Positions 37,900 through 53,040 of a DNA stretch of 64,000 bases are shown piece by piece. Location: positions 9,486,001-9,550,000 of the forward strand of contig OZ024743.1 in NCBI GenBank assembly GCA_964016885.1, written 5' to 3'. Numbering within the stretch: the stretch's first letter is position 1; every line of letters starts with the position of its first letter. This stretch comes from Eledone cirrhosa. Lineage: Eukaryota. The notes under the pieces were generated by a model, which made no database searches, was not told the origin of the DNA, and saw only the letters and a program-made list of their open reading frames with translations. The translations under genes were made by a program, and so were the position numbers.

Positions 37900-38729
37900 C
37901 AGGACTCTGGCTTTACTGTAGCACCGGCTTAGAGCAGGAGAGTTAAGGCTAAAAAGATATCAGGTACTGAATTTGCCGACGACATAGTTTTGGTGACAAA
38001 TACAGTGAAGGGGGCAGACGATTTGATGCAGGAGGTTGAGACTGTATCGATGAGTGTGGGGCTGAGAATGAATGAGACTAAAACAAAATATCTGGTAGAG
38101 AATGTTGAGAAGCCAGAGAGGATCACTAATGTAGGCGGGAAGCCGCTAGAATTGGTTGAGGACTTCCTGTATTTGGGAGCAAAGATTGGGAATACGGAAG
38201 ATGATGTGGTTGAGAGGAAGAGCAAAGCCTGGGTGGCGTGCTACAGCTGGAGATCAGTGTGGAAGTCGGACCTTCGTAAAGACCTGAAGATCCGCCTCTT
38301 CATTGCTGTAGTGGAGTCTGTACTGCTGTAGGGGTCTGAGACTTGGACACTGACCAAGAAACTCACTCAGATGGTGGATGGGTGCTACACGAGAATACTG
38401 AGGATGGCTCTGAATATTAATCAGTATACACTGAGGATGAAAAACTCAGAGCTGTATGGGAGCCTCCCAAAGGTCAGCTCAAAAGTGACACAGAGGAGAC
38501 TGAGGTTAACTGGACATGCTCACCGATATCCAGAGTTGATTTTGCACTCAGTGCTCCTGTGGGAGCCCCTACATGGACACACTGGAAGACGAAGACCAAG
38601 GTTAACGTATGTTGATGCCCTAAGGACAGACACTGGTCTGTTGGAGACGCAGGACATGGCAACGATAATGAGGGACAGAGACAGCTGGAGAGAACTCGTC
38701 CATGGATGTCGGGAATTTTGCCCGCCCTA

Positions 38730-38731
<2 letters not shown>
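37900..38731 (+). mobile_element. RTE-clade LINE, 5'-truncated RT C-terminal part
   Basis: EFADDIVL...GLRMNETKTK...FLYLG...LKIRLFIAVVESVLL*GSETWTLT...GRRRPRLTYVD; ends in (TA)n. Confidence 0.88.
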
Positions 38732-38791
<60 letters not shown>

Positions 38792-38795
<4 letters not shown>

Positions 38796-39280
38796 TGTTA
38801 TACTTTGGGAGGGTCATGTTGCCAATAAGAAACACGCACCAGTAGCTTTCACTTCAATTTATTATAATAAATTTATAATAAATTTATAAATTTATAAATT
38901 TCTGGTTGGTTGGTTGGTTCCACAACCAGATAGTTGTTTATATATTGTCATAGTTCTTTCGTCCCACACTCTGTGACCTTTTCAGTGACTGGGGATTCCT
39001 TTCTTTGTTTTTGTGCCTCTCCTTTGTTCTATCCTACGCCATTTTGTTTCTGTGTGTGTGTTGTGTGCTCAGTCTGCGCATGCGCCACATCCGGGTGTCT
39101 GTGTGTGTTTATGTTCATTTATTTATTTGTTTATTTACATGTTACTGGTTGGTTGTTTGTTCTATGTGTGTATTCATTTTGTCCTTAATTGTAAGTTGTG
39201 ATGTTGCTGTTCCACTCATATTTTCTATTTAATTTTGGTTGTAATTCTTTTATGTTTATTGCCTCTGTGATTTGTATATA
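38792..39280 (-). mobile_element. Diverged 3' fragment related to the 43.6-46 kb PLE
   Basis: QITEAINIKELQPKLNRKYEWN, same terminal GACCCTCCC.AAGTATAACAATA, HHR-like motif at 38947-38989. Confidence 0.75.
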
Positions 39281-39464
39281 ATAAATGTAATCTGAGTTTT
39301 TCAAATATTAATAATAATATTCGATTCATTTGCAATTATACAAACAGGTTCTTTTTAAAAGCCATGCCAGCACAAGAGCAAGAATGAAGGGGATCATTCT
39401 ACTGACATGGTTTTAAAAAAGAGGTTTTAAAAATTTGAATATTATTATTATTATTTGAAATATT

Positions 39465-39612
39465 ATCTGAGTTCAAATCCCGCCGAGATTAACTTTGCCT
39501 TTCATCCTTACGGGGTCGATAAAATAAAGTACCAGTAATGTACTGGGTTTTTGCTGGCCTTGTGCCAAAAGTAGAAACAATTATTAATATTTGAAAAACT
39601 CAGATTACATTT
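39465..39612 (+). mobile_element. tRNA-derived SINE fragment
   Basis: GAGTTCAAATCCCGCCGAG...CTTTCATCCTTACGGGGTCGATAAAATAAAGTACCAG; similar to 43445-43592. Confidence 0.7.
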
Positions 39613-39679
39613 ATTGTATTCAGCCAGGTAGAACGATATTTAAAAAAAAATGTATTATATATATTTATACACACACAAC

Positions 39680-42229
<2,550 letters not shown>

Positions 42230-42254
42230 GTATGTATATATATATATATATGTT

Positions 42255-42808
42255 TCATGGTCGGGTCGTTGGCGACTAAACTGGCAACCCCACCAAGGTT
42301 TCTAGGTGAGGAGGGTGACTTTGGACATCCTGCAGGACTAAAAACAAAGCCTGTCAAAGGGCAAAGGAGCTCTTAAGAGTCAATGGCCATCCAAAATCAC
42401 CGGGAGAGATGACCCCTTAGCCTTTGTCAAGGCAGAATTCTAGGAGAAGGAAAACTCTGATATAACACCTGCAACCCTGATGGTATCCAATGATGTTGAC
42501 TTGTTCTACTTTTTGGTAAATATCATCTTGGTTAAGAGAGTGGGACTGGCTCTGTGCAATGCCTTTGCTCACTATAAAAGCTTCATGGCACAGGCATTGC
42601 TTTATATCTGGAGATCTCTCTGCACTTGTCACATGGTACCATGGGCCCAGCACTATGTGTCAATAATTGTCACAAGTGTAGTGTTTGTACCAGAGTTATC
42701 AAGTCGCTGGCTGGACTCAAAAGTCACACTCGTTCAGCGCATCGGTAGGGGTTCTCCTACATGGATATAAAGTAGTGGCCGTACTCGAAAACGAGTTGGC
42801 AGCCACCA
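42255..42808 (+). mobile_element. RTE-related short non-coding element (~550 bp)
   Basis: Three copies in the window (7074, 35287, 42255); no credible ORF; microsatellite flanks. Confidence 0.65.
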
Positions 42809-42850
42809 TATATATATATATATGTATATATATATGTATATATATGTATG

Positions 42851-42882
<32 letters not shown>

Positions 42883-42886
42883 TATG

Positions 42887-42986
<100 letters not shown>

Positions 42987-43444
42987 AAAGGTACACAGAA
43001 ATAACACCACAATCGGTACAGTATATGGAAGGTATATATTAGGTTAACGCTTGATATAGCAGGAAGATGGTTTTAACGTTTCGGACGCTAATCATTCATC
43101 AGAAGACAGAATGAGAAATAAAATAGATTGAGGAGACGGGCGGATTGGAATTGGAAAAAATGTCTTTAGATAAAAATAAAAGGGCCATTCATGTTGACAT
43201 TCGATTCGTTTGCAATTTTGCAAACAAGCCTCAATTTTATAGCCATGACAGTTTGGCAGGTGAACAGTGAGCTGTCCTGATGAAGGGTGATACCCAGAAA
43301 CATTAGTGTCTGCAGTTCTTTTCGCATGCCAACATAAGAGCAAGAATGAAGTGTTAATTCTCCTGACATGGCTATAAAATTGAGGCAGTATCCGCAGAGG
43401 GTCGGACGCCATGCTTTGTCGCATAGAGTTACGGCCCTTGCCAT

Positions 43445-43592
43445 TCGGAGTTCAAATTTCACCGAAGTTAACTTTGCCTTTCATCCTTACGGTGTCGATA
43501 AAATAAATTAGCAGTAATGTACTGGGTAATTGCTGGCCTTGTACCAATAGTAGAAACAATTATTAATATTCGAAAAACTCAGATTACATTTA
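43445..43592 (+). mobile_element. tRNA-derived SINE fragment
   Basis: Same core as 21678 and 39465; upstream 43300-43380 also resembles 39350-39415. Confidence 0.65.
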
Positions 43593-43635
43593 TATATATA
43601 TATATATAGTTTAGCGAGGTTTTTTATATGAAATC

Positions 43636-45441
43636 GTGTGTCGAAACAGGTTATACCTCTCAATGGTTATAGGCCCCATAATCAAGATGTCCCCAGATGT
43701 ATGTGAAAGTACAGAGGACCTCCTCAGCAGAATCAGTGAGTGCAACAAAAACAGGAGCCTATCCAACTGCATAATAGGCAGCATGGATGTGGTGTCACTG
43801 TACCCATCCATTAACATTGATTTTGCTGTGAAAAGATGTGTGGAGATGATCATTGAGAGTGAGGTGGAGTTCTGCGACGTCGACACAGACGAACTGGGCC
43901 TCCTGCTTAGACTTACCTACGACACTGACTACCTAGACAGCCATGACCTTAGATGTTTCTGCCCTAGTAGACCTATAAGAGGTAGACCCCCCACCATAAC
44001 CTCAATGGCAAAAAAGACTCCCATAGAAAGGTGGATTGGGTGGACCAAAGCTATACGGACCCCCCAAAACACTGATCAGGTAAGAAAAATGGTCGCACAT
44101 GCAATAGGGGCTAGTATCAAAACTACCCTAAAGGGCCACATATTTAAGTTCAATGAGAAAATCTACACCCAAAATGAGGGAGCAGCCATCGGCGTCAGCA
44201 TAGCTGGTGATGTTGCCAACCTTTTCATGGTATGGTGGGAAAGGAGACTTAAAGATCTCCTTAATGAAAGCTCCATAGAACTCATCATGTACTCTCGTTA
44301 TGTAGACGATATCAATATAGTTATAAGAGAGCACTAACAAGTTTGATTTAGAACGTAGCACGATGGAAAGCATCCAGCAGATAGCTAATTCCATACACCA
44401 GAGTATAACTGTAACTATCGACTTCCCTTCCAAACACCCTAACAATAGACTACCTGTATTAGACACAGAACTCTGGATTAACACTATAGACGAGAGAGCC
44501 CAAATTCTCCACTCACACTATGCTAAACCCATGGCCTCCAAATACATGATACTCAAAAACTCAGCAATGTCCAGTAGTGCTAATTTAATATTCTGATCGC
44601 AGATTTGGTACGAGTGATGAAGAATGTGTCCAGCATGTGCGACCCAACAGAAATCGAAAGACACATCCAACACTTCATCAACCGCATGCAGTTCTCTGGC
44701 TACAACCAAAGAGACAGAGTCAGAGTATACGAAGGAGCCATGGAAAAGTATAAGACCCTCATAGAACTGGACATGAAAGGAATTTTCCCACTATACAGGA
44801 GCAAATCATGGAATAGCTTAGATAGGGCTAGACATAAGATAGGGAAGGCCACATCATGGTACGACAACCAGAGATATCAGAGTGTCATGTTTGTGGACGC
44901 CACCCCTGGAGGGAAATTAGCTAACCAGTGCAGAAAGGCCCTGAGAAAGACCCACTTAAAAATAAAGGTGGTAGAAAAGCCAGGAACCACCATCAAATCC
45001 CTGATCAGCAAAACCTACCCTTTTAAGAAAACCCACTGTACCAATAGGAAATGTATCATATGTAAGGTGAACCCCCGGATAAACTGTAAAACTAGAAACG
45101 TAGTCTATAGCATAAGATGTACAGAGGGTACTTGCAGAAACATGACAACAACATACATAGGTGAGACAGCTCGTAGCATAGGTGAAAGGATAGACCAACA
45201 CTGGGGGGAACTAAAAGGACGAAAAAACGGGTCAGTACTATACGAACATGCTAGACAACAACATGACGGTAACATAGACAACATAGAAATTAGAATAATA
45301 TCTAAACATAGGAATGACCCAGCAGATAGGCAAATCAGAGAGGCCAGTGAAATAGAAATTAGAAGACCAAAGCTAAACAGAAAGAATGAGTGGAACAACA
45401 ACAACACCCAATCAAACAACACTGACCTAAGAGAAGTATAA
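43636..45441 (+). pseudogene. PLE RT-GIY-YIG polyprotein, frameshifted
   Basis: Three consecutive ORFs: 43636-44337, 44363-44596 and 44605-45441. Confidence 0.9.
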
Positions 45442-45728
45442 ATAAGTAAATAAAATAAAATAAAATAAGATAAATAAATACATACCCAAGCACAATAACA
45501 AAGAGCACATAAACACACACTAGTCACCCAGCAGACACAACACTATACACACTAGTCACACAGCACACATAACACTATACACACACGCAAACGCATGCGC
45601 AAAGAAGACAAAATAAAATAAAATAAAATAAAATAAACAAACAAGCAAATAAATAAATAAATATATAGACAGACTGAATAAAAAATGGCGTAGACATACA
45701 ACACAACAGGAGGAACAAAGAATATAAC

Positions 45729-45770
45729 ACCACTGACGATGTTGCAGATGTGCAACGAAAGATTTATGTA
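45729..45770 (+). ncRNA. Hammerhead-like motif with weak stems I and III
   Basis: CTGACGA-t-GTTGCA gatg TGCAAC-GAAA-GATT-TA; positionally conserved at 17983-18024 and 38947-38989. Confidence 0.5.
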
Positions 45771-45974
45771 AATTATGTAAACTATATATATGTGTTTGTG
45801 TCTATATTGTATCTGTATTATTTTTGACCGTCGGTCAGTCAATGGCAACATTGAGGACCGAGTAAGTTAGATCGCAGATATAAAAGACAGCGAGAAGCGA
45901 AAACCAACCAAACAGTGAGTGTGTTCTGTTATTAATTCTGGCAATATTATGCAAATATGACCCTCCCCAAGTAT

Positions 45975-46020
<46 letters not shown>

Positions 46021-46022
<2 letters not shown>

Positions 46023-48510
46023 AAGAGTTAAACAAAATTCAATGAGTATATCAAAGAATGAGTTTTACAGTAGATTGGAAGCACTCTACGTAATATAATT
46101 TTCCGGGGTTATTAATATTAGAATATAAATATTAATAAAATAGATGTTCTTTTGATCAATTACATTTTATTATACATATTTTGGATGTACAACAGTACGT
46201 CCTCATCAGACAAAATATAATGATACATGACATACCCTGAGATGTTAAATGGTTAAGATTTAATCAATGTAGTGATTAACCTAAGAGAAAATTTTACATT
46301 TATACCCTAATAATGAGAAAATGCGAAAACATAATAAATTCAATAGAGAATGTGTGAGTAAGAAAAACCTTGCTTAATGTACCAGTTATCTAGATTTTAA
46401 TATGTATGATACTACAATTCATCTAGGAAATCATTTCATGAATTATAACAGTCAGTGAGAGAGGGAAAGATTAGGTGGGGGTAATGTATGCAGAAGGAGA
46501 TTTTTTTCAGAAAGTTAAACGGTTAAGTTTGAAAATATTTAATTTATGTTGTCTTAGGGTGAAGAGTCAATATTTTAGTTTATTTTTTTAAATTGGTGGC
46601 TATTTATATATTAGTTTTGTAAATTTTATAAGTGTGTTAACACTTCTAAGCTTCTGAATTTTTTGATGATAAGATTTAAAGGATTTAGCTGGCCATTATA
46701 AAGGAAAGTTTACACTGTTGAATATTTTCCTAAATGTAATCTTTAATGAAGTTAGTCATTGTCAACGTATTAGGTATGTAAAGCTTTTGAAGTACTTATT
46801 GTTAGAAAAATTTAAATAACGGTTATGTATATAGATATATATTAATAAATGATAATGAAACTAAAATAAAAATAATAGATTTAGGCATGTTAAAATTAAA
46901 TATATACCCATATATAACCGTGTGTAAATGTATTAATTATTCCTAGCTCAAAGTAAAAACAATCAAAAAATTTAGAAGCTAACTGAAAATTATGTATAGA
47001 AAGATACAGGGAGTTATATATGGATATATCTTATATTAGGTATTAGTCATACAGTATACTTTAGGTAAATGATAACGGTTATAATTTTATATAATAAAGA
47101 TCTACGCGTTAAAGTTAAATACATATATATATATAAGAAAAACAATAATAAATGCATGGATAATTCATAGTTCAAAATAATGTTTATAACAATTTGTAAT
47201 TTGGATATTTGCTCTATATTTGAATCATGGATATAAGAATGCGGTAGGTATATTAAAATACATAGAAAATATAATTACATACATATTATAAATAAGAGAT
47301 CAGAAACGCATGAAAATTTCACAGTTATAAATAAGTTCAGTAATGATGTAAGGGTTGGATGTAAAACTCAGATTTAAAACTTAAGTAGGAAGATAAGGAT
47401 AGAGAAATAAAGAAATAATTGTATGGATCAAAATCGACAGAATAATGTTATGTGTATCAATGTTCCGGCATGTTATTGAACAAGTGTCTTTCATTCGAGC
47501 GTTATTTCATCTATAGATAGTTATAAGATAGTGCAATATTAAAGGCCACTAAAGTTTTTCCCTGTTGATTTTATACGTCTGACAACCGAGGTTTTAATGG
47601 TTTAATGTTTCTCACTCTTTTTTCTCGTTTTGTGGGAGGCTAAGAATGTGGACGTAGCTTTATGGAGGCAACTAGAGAATAATTCACTTTTTTTGTTAAT
47701 TAGTTATTAATAATCAACAGAGTCTCCATTGCGCAGTTGTTTGATATACTAGAGTTGTGGTAAACTCCACAGTTCCGAAGTTTTGTCCAAAGAATGGAGT
47801 ATTTTAAATTCTTCTCTTTTATGAGCTGTGATATAGACGTGGATGATTTTCTCTTTGAGTTCTAGAATGAGCATTTATGGTTCGCAAATCTGGCTTTTAA
47901 AGTGGAAGAAGTCGATCCTATGTAGTTGTATGCATTGTGATCATCTAGGAAAGCATTTCATGAATAATGATAGACCAAGAAACACACTTATAAAATTCAT
48001 TTACAAAACTAATATATAAATAACCACCAATTTAAAAAAAACAACTAAAATATTGACTCTTCACCCTAAAATAACATAAATTAAATATTTTCAAACTTAA
48101 CCGTTTAACTTTCGGAAAAGAATCTCCTTCTGCATACATTACCCCCTCATCTTTTCCTCTCTCTCTCTCACTGACTGTTATAATTCATGAAATGATTTCC
48201 TAGATGAATTGTAGTATCATACATATTAAAATCTAGATAACTGGTACATTAAGCAAGGTTTTTCTTACTCACACATTCTCTATTGAATTTATTATGTTTT
48301 CGCATTTTCTCATTATTAGGGTATAAATGTAAAATTTTCTCTTAGGTTAATCACTACATTGATTAAATCTTAACCATTTAACATCTCAGGGTATGTCATG
48401 TATCATATATTTTGTCTGATGAGGACGTACTGTTGTACATCCGAAATATGTATAATAAAATGTAATTGATCAAAAGAACATCTATTTTATTAATATTTAT
48501 ATTCTAATAT
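46021..48510. mobile_element. Fold-back PLE-derived element with degenerate interior
   Basis: 46116-46580 is inverted at 48045-48510; HHR in each arm; ~95 nt tail on the left arm; possible RT relic (R.VDDFLF) near 47835. Confidence 0.8.
48409..48461 (+). ncRNA. Minimal type I hammerhead ribozyme (inverted copy at 46164-46216 carries G12A)
   Basis: ATTTTGT-CTGATGA-GGACGTAC tgtt GTACATCC-GAAA-TATGTA-TA-ATAAAAT. Confidence 0.88.
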
Positions 48511-48520
48511 ATATATATAT

Positions 48521-49318
48521 ATTAATAAAAATAGACCAAGAAACAAGAATGTCCTTCATCAGTAGTCTGCTGATTATCGTTGGTATTTCTTCGCATTAAA
48601 GACTAGATACCTAAATTCAGTGCGAGCAATAACTAAATTAAGTTATCGGGACAAAGGAAAACAGAGGAAAGGAAACAAACAATATGGTAGTAATGCAACG
48701 TAAAGAGAGGAAAAGAGAGACAAGTCAATGAATCTTGTGGACTTAAGTCCTACAAATCAAATGACGAAAAGAAACAGACGCGTCCGAGCCACGAGAAAAG
48801 TGAGAGAGGAAAGAAATTCACGCGGGTAGGACGGGAGGAAATGAGATAGGAGGAGTAGCAGAAAGTGAGTGAGTGAAAGTGTGAGGAAGGGGCCAGCCGA
48901 GAGTGATTGACGAGCAGCGGGAGTGGAGGAAAGCAAGAGGTGAAGGAGAGAGAAGGGGTAGAGAGAAAGATAGCAGTAAGGTGACAGAAAAAATACGAAC
49001 CACAGCGAAGGGAAAATATATATGTGAATGAAAAATAGCGTGCTGCGTTGTTGCGAATATGAACATATGAATAAAAATAGACTCTCTTTACGTTGCATTA
49101 CTACCATGTTGTTTGTTTCCTTTCCTCTGTTTTCCTTTGTCCCGATAACTTAATTTAGTTATTGCTCGCACTCAATTTAGGTATCTAGTCTTTAATGCGA
49201 AGAAATACCAACGATAATCAGCAGACTACTGATGAAGGACATTCTTGTTTCTCGGTCTATTTTTATTCATATGTTCATATTCGCAAGAACGCAACGCAGC
49301 ACGCCATTTTTCATTCAT
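48521..49318. mobile_element. Non-coding ~546 bp monomer (-) plus inverted arm (+), same architecture as the HHR elements
   Basis: AATAAAAATAGAC recurs at 48524 and 49070; 49083-49267 is the inverse of 48524-48708 and continues ~50 nt into the next unit. Confidence 0.8.
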
Positions 49319-49350
49319 ATATATATATATACATATATACAGAGAGATAG

Positions 49351-49403
<53 letters not shown>

Positions 49404-50577
49404 CAGAGAGAGAGAAAGAGAGAGAAAGAGAGAGAGAAAGAGGGTAGAGAGATATAAAATCCCACTCTATATCCACTCAACATCTCCCCATGTATCGAGT
49501 ACTCACATGATTAACAGTCTCCTCGGTCCAAGCACCACATACTCCATTTATATATGTGTGTGTGTATGTGTGTGTAAGTGTGTGTGTGTGTGTGGGGGGG
49601 GGTGTAGGTGTAGGTGTAGGTGTAGGTGCATTATTATGCTGCTTTGTGTAAATATCTTTCAAGTGTTTTATTTCTAAAGATTATGTAAAATAGTTCTAAA
49701 TATTATAATCTCCCTAGATATTCAAAATTTTAATTGCTGATTTAATTTTTAGTGATAGTTAGTGGTTAGCCTGAACCTCTATTTATGTTTAGTTTTATTT
49801 GGCTTCCTATATAGGTAGTGCTCGCCTGTAGACAAGTGATGCATGATATTTAAAATGTCGATTCTTCAGTTGGTACAGACAGTTATATTCTTAATTAAAA
49901 ATCGTTAGCTTTGAACTGTACAACTTATTGATTAAGTTAACTGTTTACACACGAAAACACACAAACACAACTCACACCGCACAGTGTCACACACAGACAT
50001 AGACCGAAGCATGGACATACACACGCAAACACACACATACGCACACACACATATATATATATATATATGTATGTATATATATATGAATTATAAATGTATA
50101 TACAAAATTGATATACAAAGAATGATATCTCCTGTATTCATTGAAGCCATCAGTCCACAATCGATTCATTTGCAGGTGGATTACCATAGATTCATTTGCT
50201 TTATATTTACCATTAGTCGAAGAACAATAGCTGGAAGCCACAGAATGGTTAGGAAATATTTAATAGCTAAATCGGATCGCAGACAAAATTAAAATAATAG
50301 TTAATGCAGTGTGTATTGGATAAGCTTATTACTTTTATATACAACTGAAATATGTAATAGTAATTAAAAGTGAATTATTATTTGACGTATTTGTAAACAA
50401 CAAATATGAAAGGAAAATATTGAAGATACAAGTATGTATAATCTTATTTCATCTTTATGAATGATAGAGAGAAAGACAGAGAACGAGCGAGTGAGCTAAA
50501 GTCACAGACATAGTTGGGATAGTATGTACCCACACACATGTACCCATACACGGTTCCTATATATATATATATATATA

Positions 50578-50652
<75 letters not shown>

Positions 50653-50719
50653 TATATATATATATAATTTATATATATAATATATATTATATATTATATA
50701 TTATATATATATATATATA

Positions 50720-50776
<57 letters not shown>

Positions 50777-50792
50777 ATATATATATATATAT

Positions 50793-50975
50793 CAGCACCC
50801 GACGGCTCCGGCCGTTTCGACCGCTAGATCCGTTCGGATCTAGCTGTCGAAACGGCCGGACCTCAGCCGTCGAGGGACCTGAATCTTTTCATATTACCCA
50901 CGCTACTACTCCAACTATCGAGTCCTCTGGTGCGTTATGGTCCACCTGGTATCTTACCACACCCTCTTTGTTATA
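50793..50975 (+). mobile_element. Very short PLE 3' end related to 11845-13425 with small 5' inversion
   Basis: GTCGAAACGGC...GCCGTC and TGCGTTATGGTCCA...TACCACA...CTTTGTTA match 13309-13425; 50798-50831 is a fold-back. Confidence 0.75.
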
Positions 50976-52929
50976 TATTTATATATATGTGTGTGTGTGT
51001 GTATTGTGTATATATATATGTATATTATGTATATATACATAAATATATACAGAGAAAAAAATATAGATAGATAGAGATAGAGAAGAATAGAGAGACTGAG
51101 CATGGTGTCTGGTGAGAGTCATATAGTGCCAAGGAGAATAGACACAGAGAAAGAATAACATGAGGTGGATAATTATTCTTTAATAAAGTCCCTTAAAGCG
51201 ATTTCAAATCTTTCATGGGGTGTGGAAATACTCACACCGACGCAATAATATATATACTTCTATAGGAATGCTTAAAAGAGATTGATGTAATATATATTGC
51301 TATTTACTATAGACAAACTATTGTCGAAGGGTTTGACTTTCTCAAGTGCTATAGTAAGGTAGGAATGTATTGAATGTGTTAATTTAAAAAGTTGCAATTG
51401 CTAACCGAAAATATTTCGTAGATTTGGCTCACCGAAGCTTAACTCTACTCACCAGTGCTTCGTGCAATCAATATATTAATTAAATGTTCTTCAATAGAAA
51501 GTATGCATATTCGATCTGATCGAGCTCTGTTTCTGAATGCTTTTGCGTATATTGATTCAATTATTGAAAGGTGGAATTTTACTCCCGAATCGCGAGGCAC
51601 CGAACTGAACATGTTATTGCACTAAGCGAACTCTCCGCTTTCTCCATCATTTTTACCGAAGTAATGATACTTTAAATTCGGGAATTTAGAATATGTCATA
51701 GTCTAACAATATATAATGAATACTACTGGTAATAAATACAGTTAAATGTCATATGGCAATATCCACTATAAGAAATGATTAATATTGGGAAGTAAATCAA
51801 CAAAAACCCTGAAACGCTACACTGAATGTATTTCCAATTCAGATCTTGATGGGTTTGTTTTTTATGGTACCACGGTCGATAAATTAAGAAACAGAAATAT
51901 ATTAAAGTCAATTCAACTCCAAAATAAGACAGCTCTCTTAATTATTCAAAAGAAATCAATATTGTCATATGACAAATATTGATTTCTCACATAAGCACAA
52001 GGGTCACTATAATAGCAAAACGCAGTTATGAGACGTGAATGCGTGTCGCAAAACATCATTCGAATAAGGAAAATTATTATATAAAAGCTTCAAACCATAA
52101 TGGATACTAACCTGTCATAAATATTTCTCTAAGGCTGTCATTTCCAACCGGGTTGTCAAGACACCATAGGAGGTCGTAAGCAGTACATAGGAATGTTGCG
52201 TGTTCTTATTTATCGTTCAATTTGCATAAGTGTATTACATTCCTTAAACATAGTGCGATAGACTAAACAAGTTGCAATTAATTTGAAAACTATTGCTCAG
52301 TGCGATTCAGTACACCATATATACACGAGCACAATCATGATATGTTACATAGGATAGTGATAACGAAGTAAATATATTTTCTAACTTATGTTACTACATA
52401 CATAGTTGTTTTAAATATTTGAACACACACATGAACACGCATCCACATGTATCCAGGTAAAAGCATACAGATCACACATAAATGAAATGCATGCTTTTTA
52501 TATATGTATAGTTTCGTGAGATTTATTTTAATACAAATGGAATAACTCCAACAAGGTCACTAGCTATAAATCTATTCTGAGGATATTTTTGACAACATGG
52601 TGTATTGATCGGCATGTTTTATATTTAAATGTAAGGAAAGAGAGAAAACACACACACCTAACGTTATGCCTGAATAGATACCATGAAATATATGATGGTG
52701 TCGTTTTCTACACATATAAGATTTTTCATACATACGTCTATATAAATGACAGTTGCAAACTCGTGGTTCTCGTGAAAGTATTATTTAACATCGAAATCAC
52801 CCTAAATAAATTATACTGCTTTCAGCTTTTAAAATAACGATAAATAAAAAAGACGCATGATAATATATAGGTACAATTTGAATGTAAAACATAAACGGAT
52901 AAAACATTTCATATTATATGTATATATAA

Positions 52930-53040
<111 letters not shown>

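Larger units (their letters stand above)
43607..45980 (+). mobile_element. 5'-truncated Penelope-like element (possibly Naiad clade), RT plus GIY-YIG with two frameshifts
   Basis: GSMDVVSLYPSI, QNEGAAIG, YSRYVDDI, LPVLD; CxxxxCxxC...NCKTRNVVY...YIGETARS...R..QH, IREA, LNRKNEW; long insert between RT motifs A and B; 42 bp inverted tail at 43607-43648. Confidence 0.9.

Noticed and set aside
43070-43107. Minus-strand CTGATGA...GAAACGTT hammerhead-like motif
   Set aside because: Stem II barely pairs and stem I has a mismatch; at best a decayed relic
44335-44604. Possible selenocysteine or stop read-through in the Naiad-like ORF
   Set aside because: Breaks are frameshifts: TAA then a new frame, and the TGA at 44594-44596 is out of frame with ...NILIADLVRVMKN
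45948-45955. Isolated ATGCAAAT octamers (also near 5669, 24022, 26570 and 52220)
   Set aside because: No recognisable TATA-plus-HHR module at the family spacing; the 45.9 kb one is not conserved in the sister copy; expected by chance in AT-rich DNA
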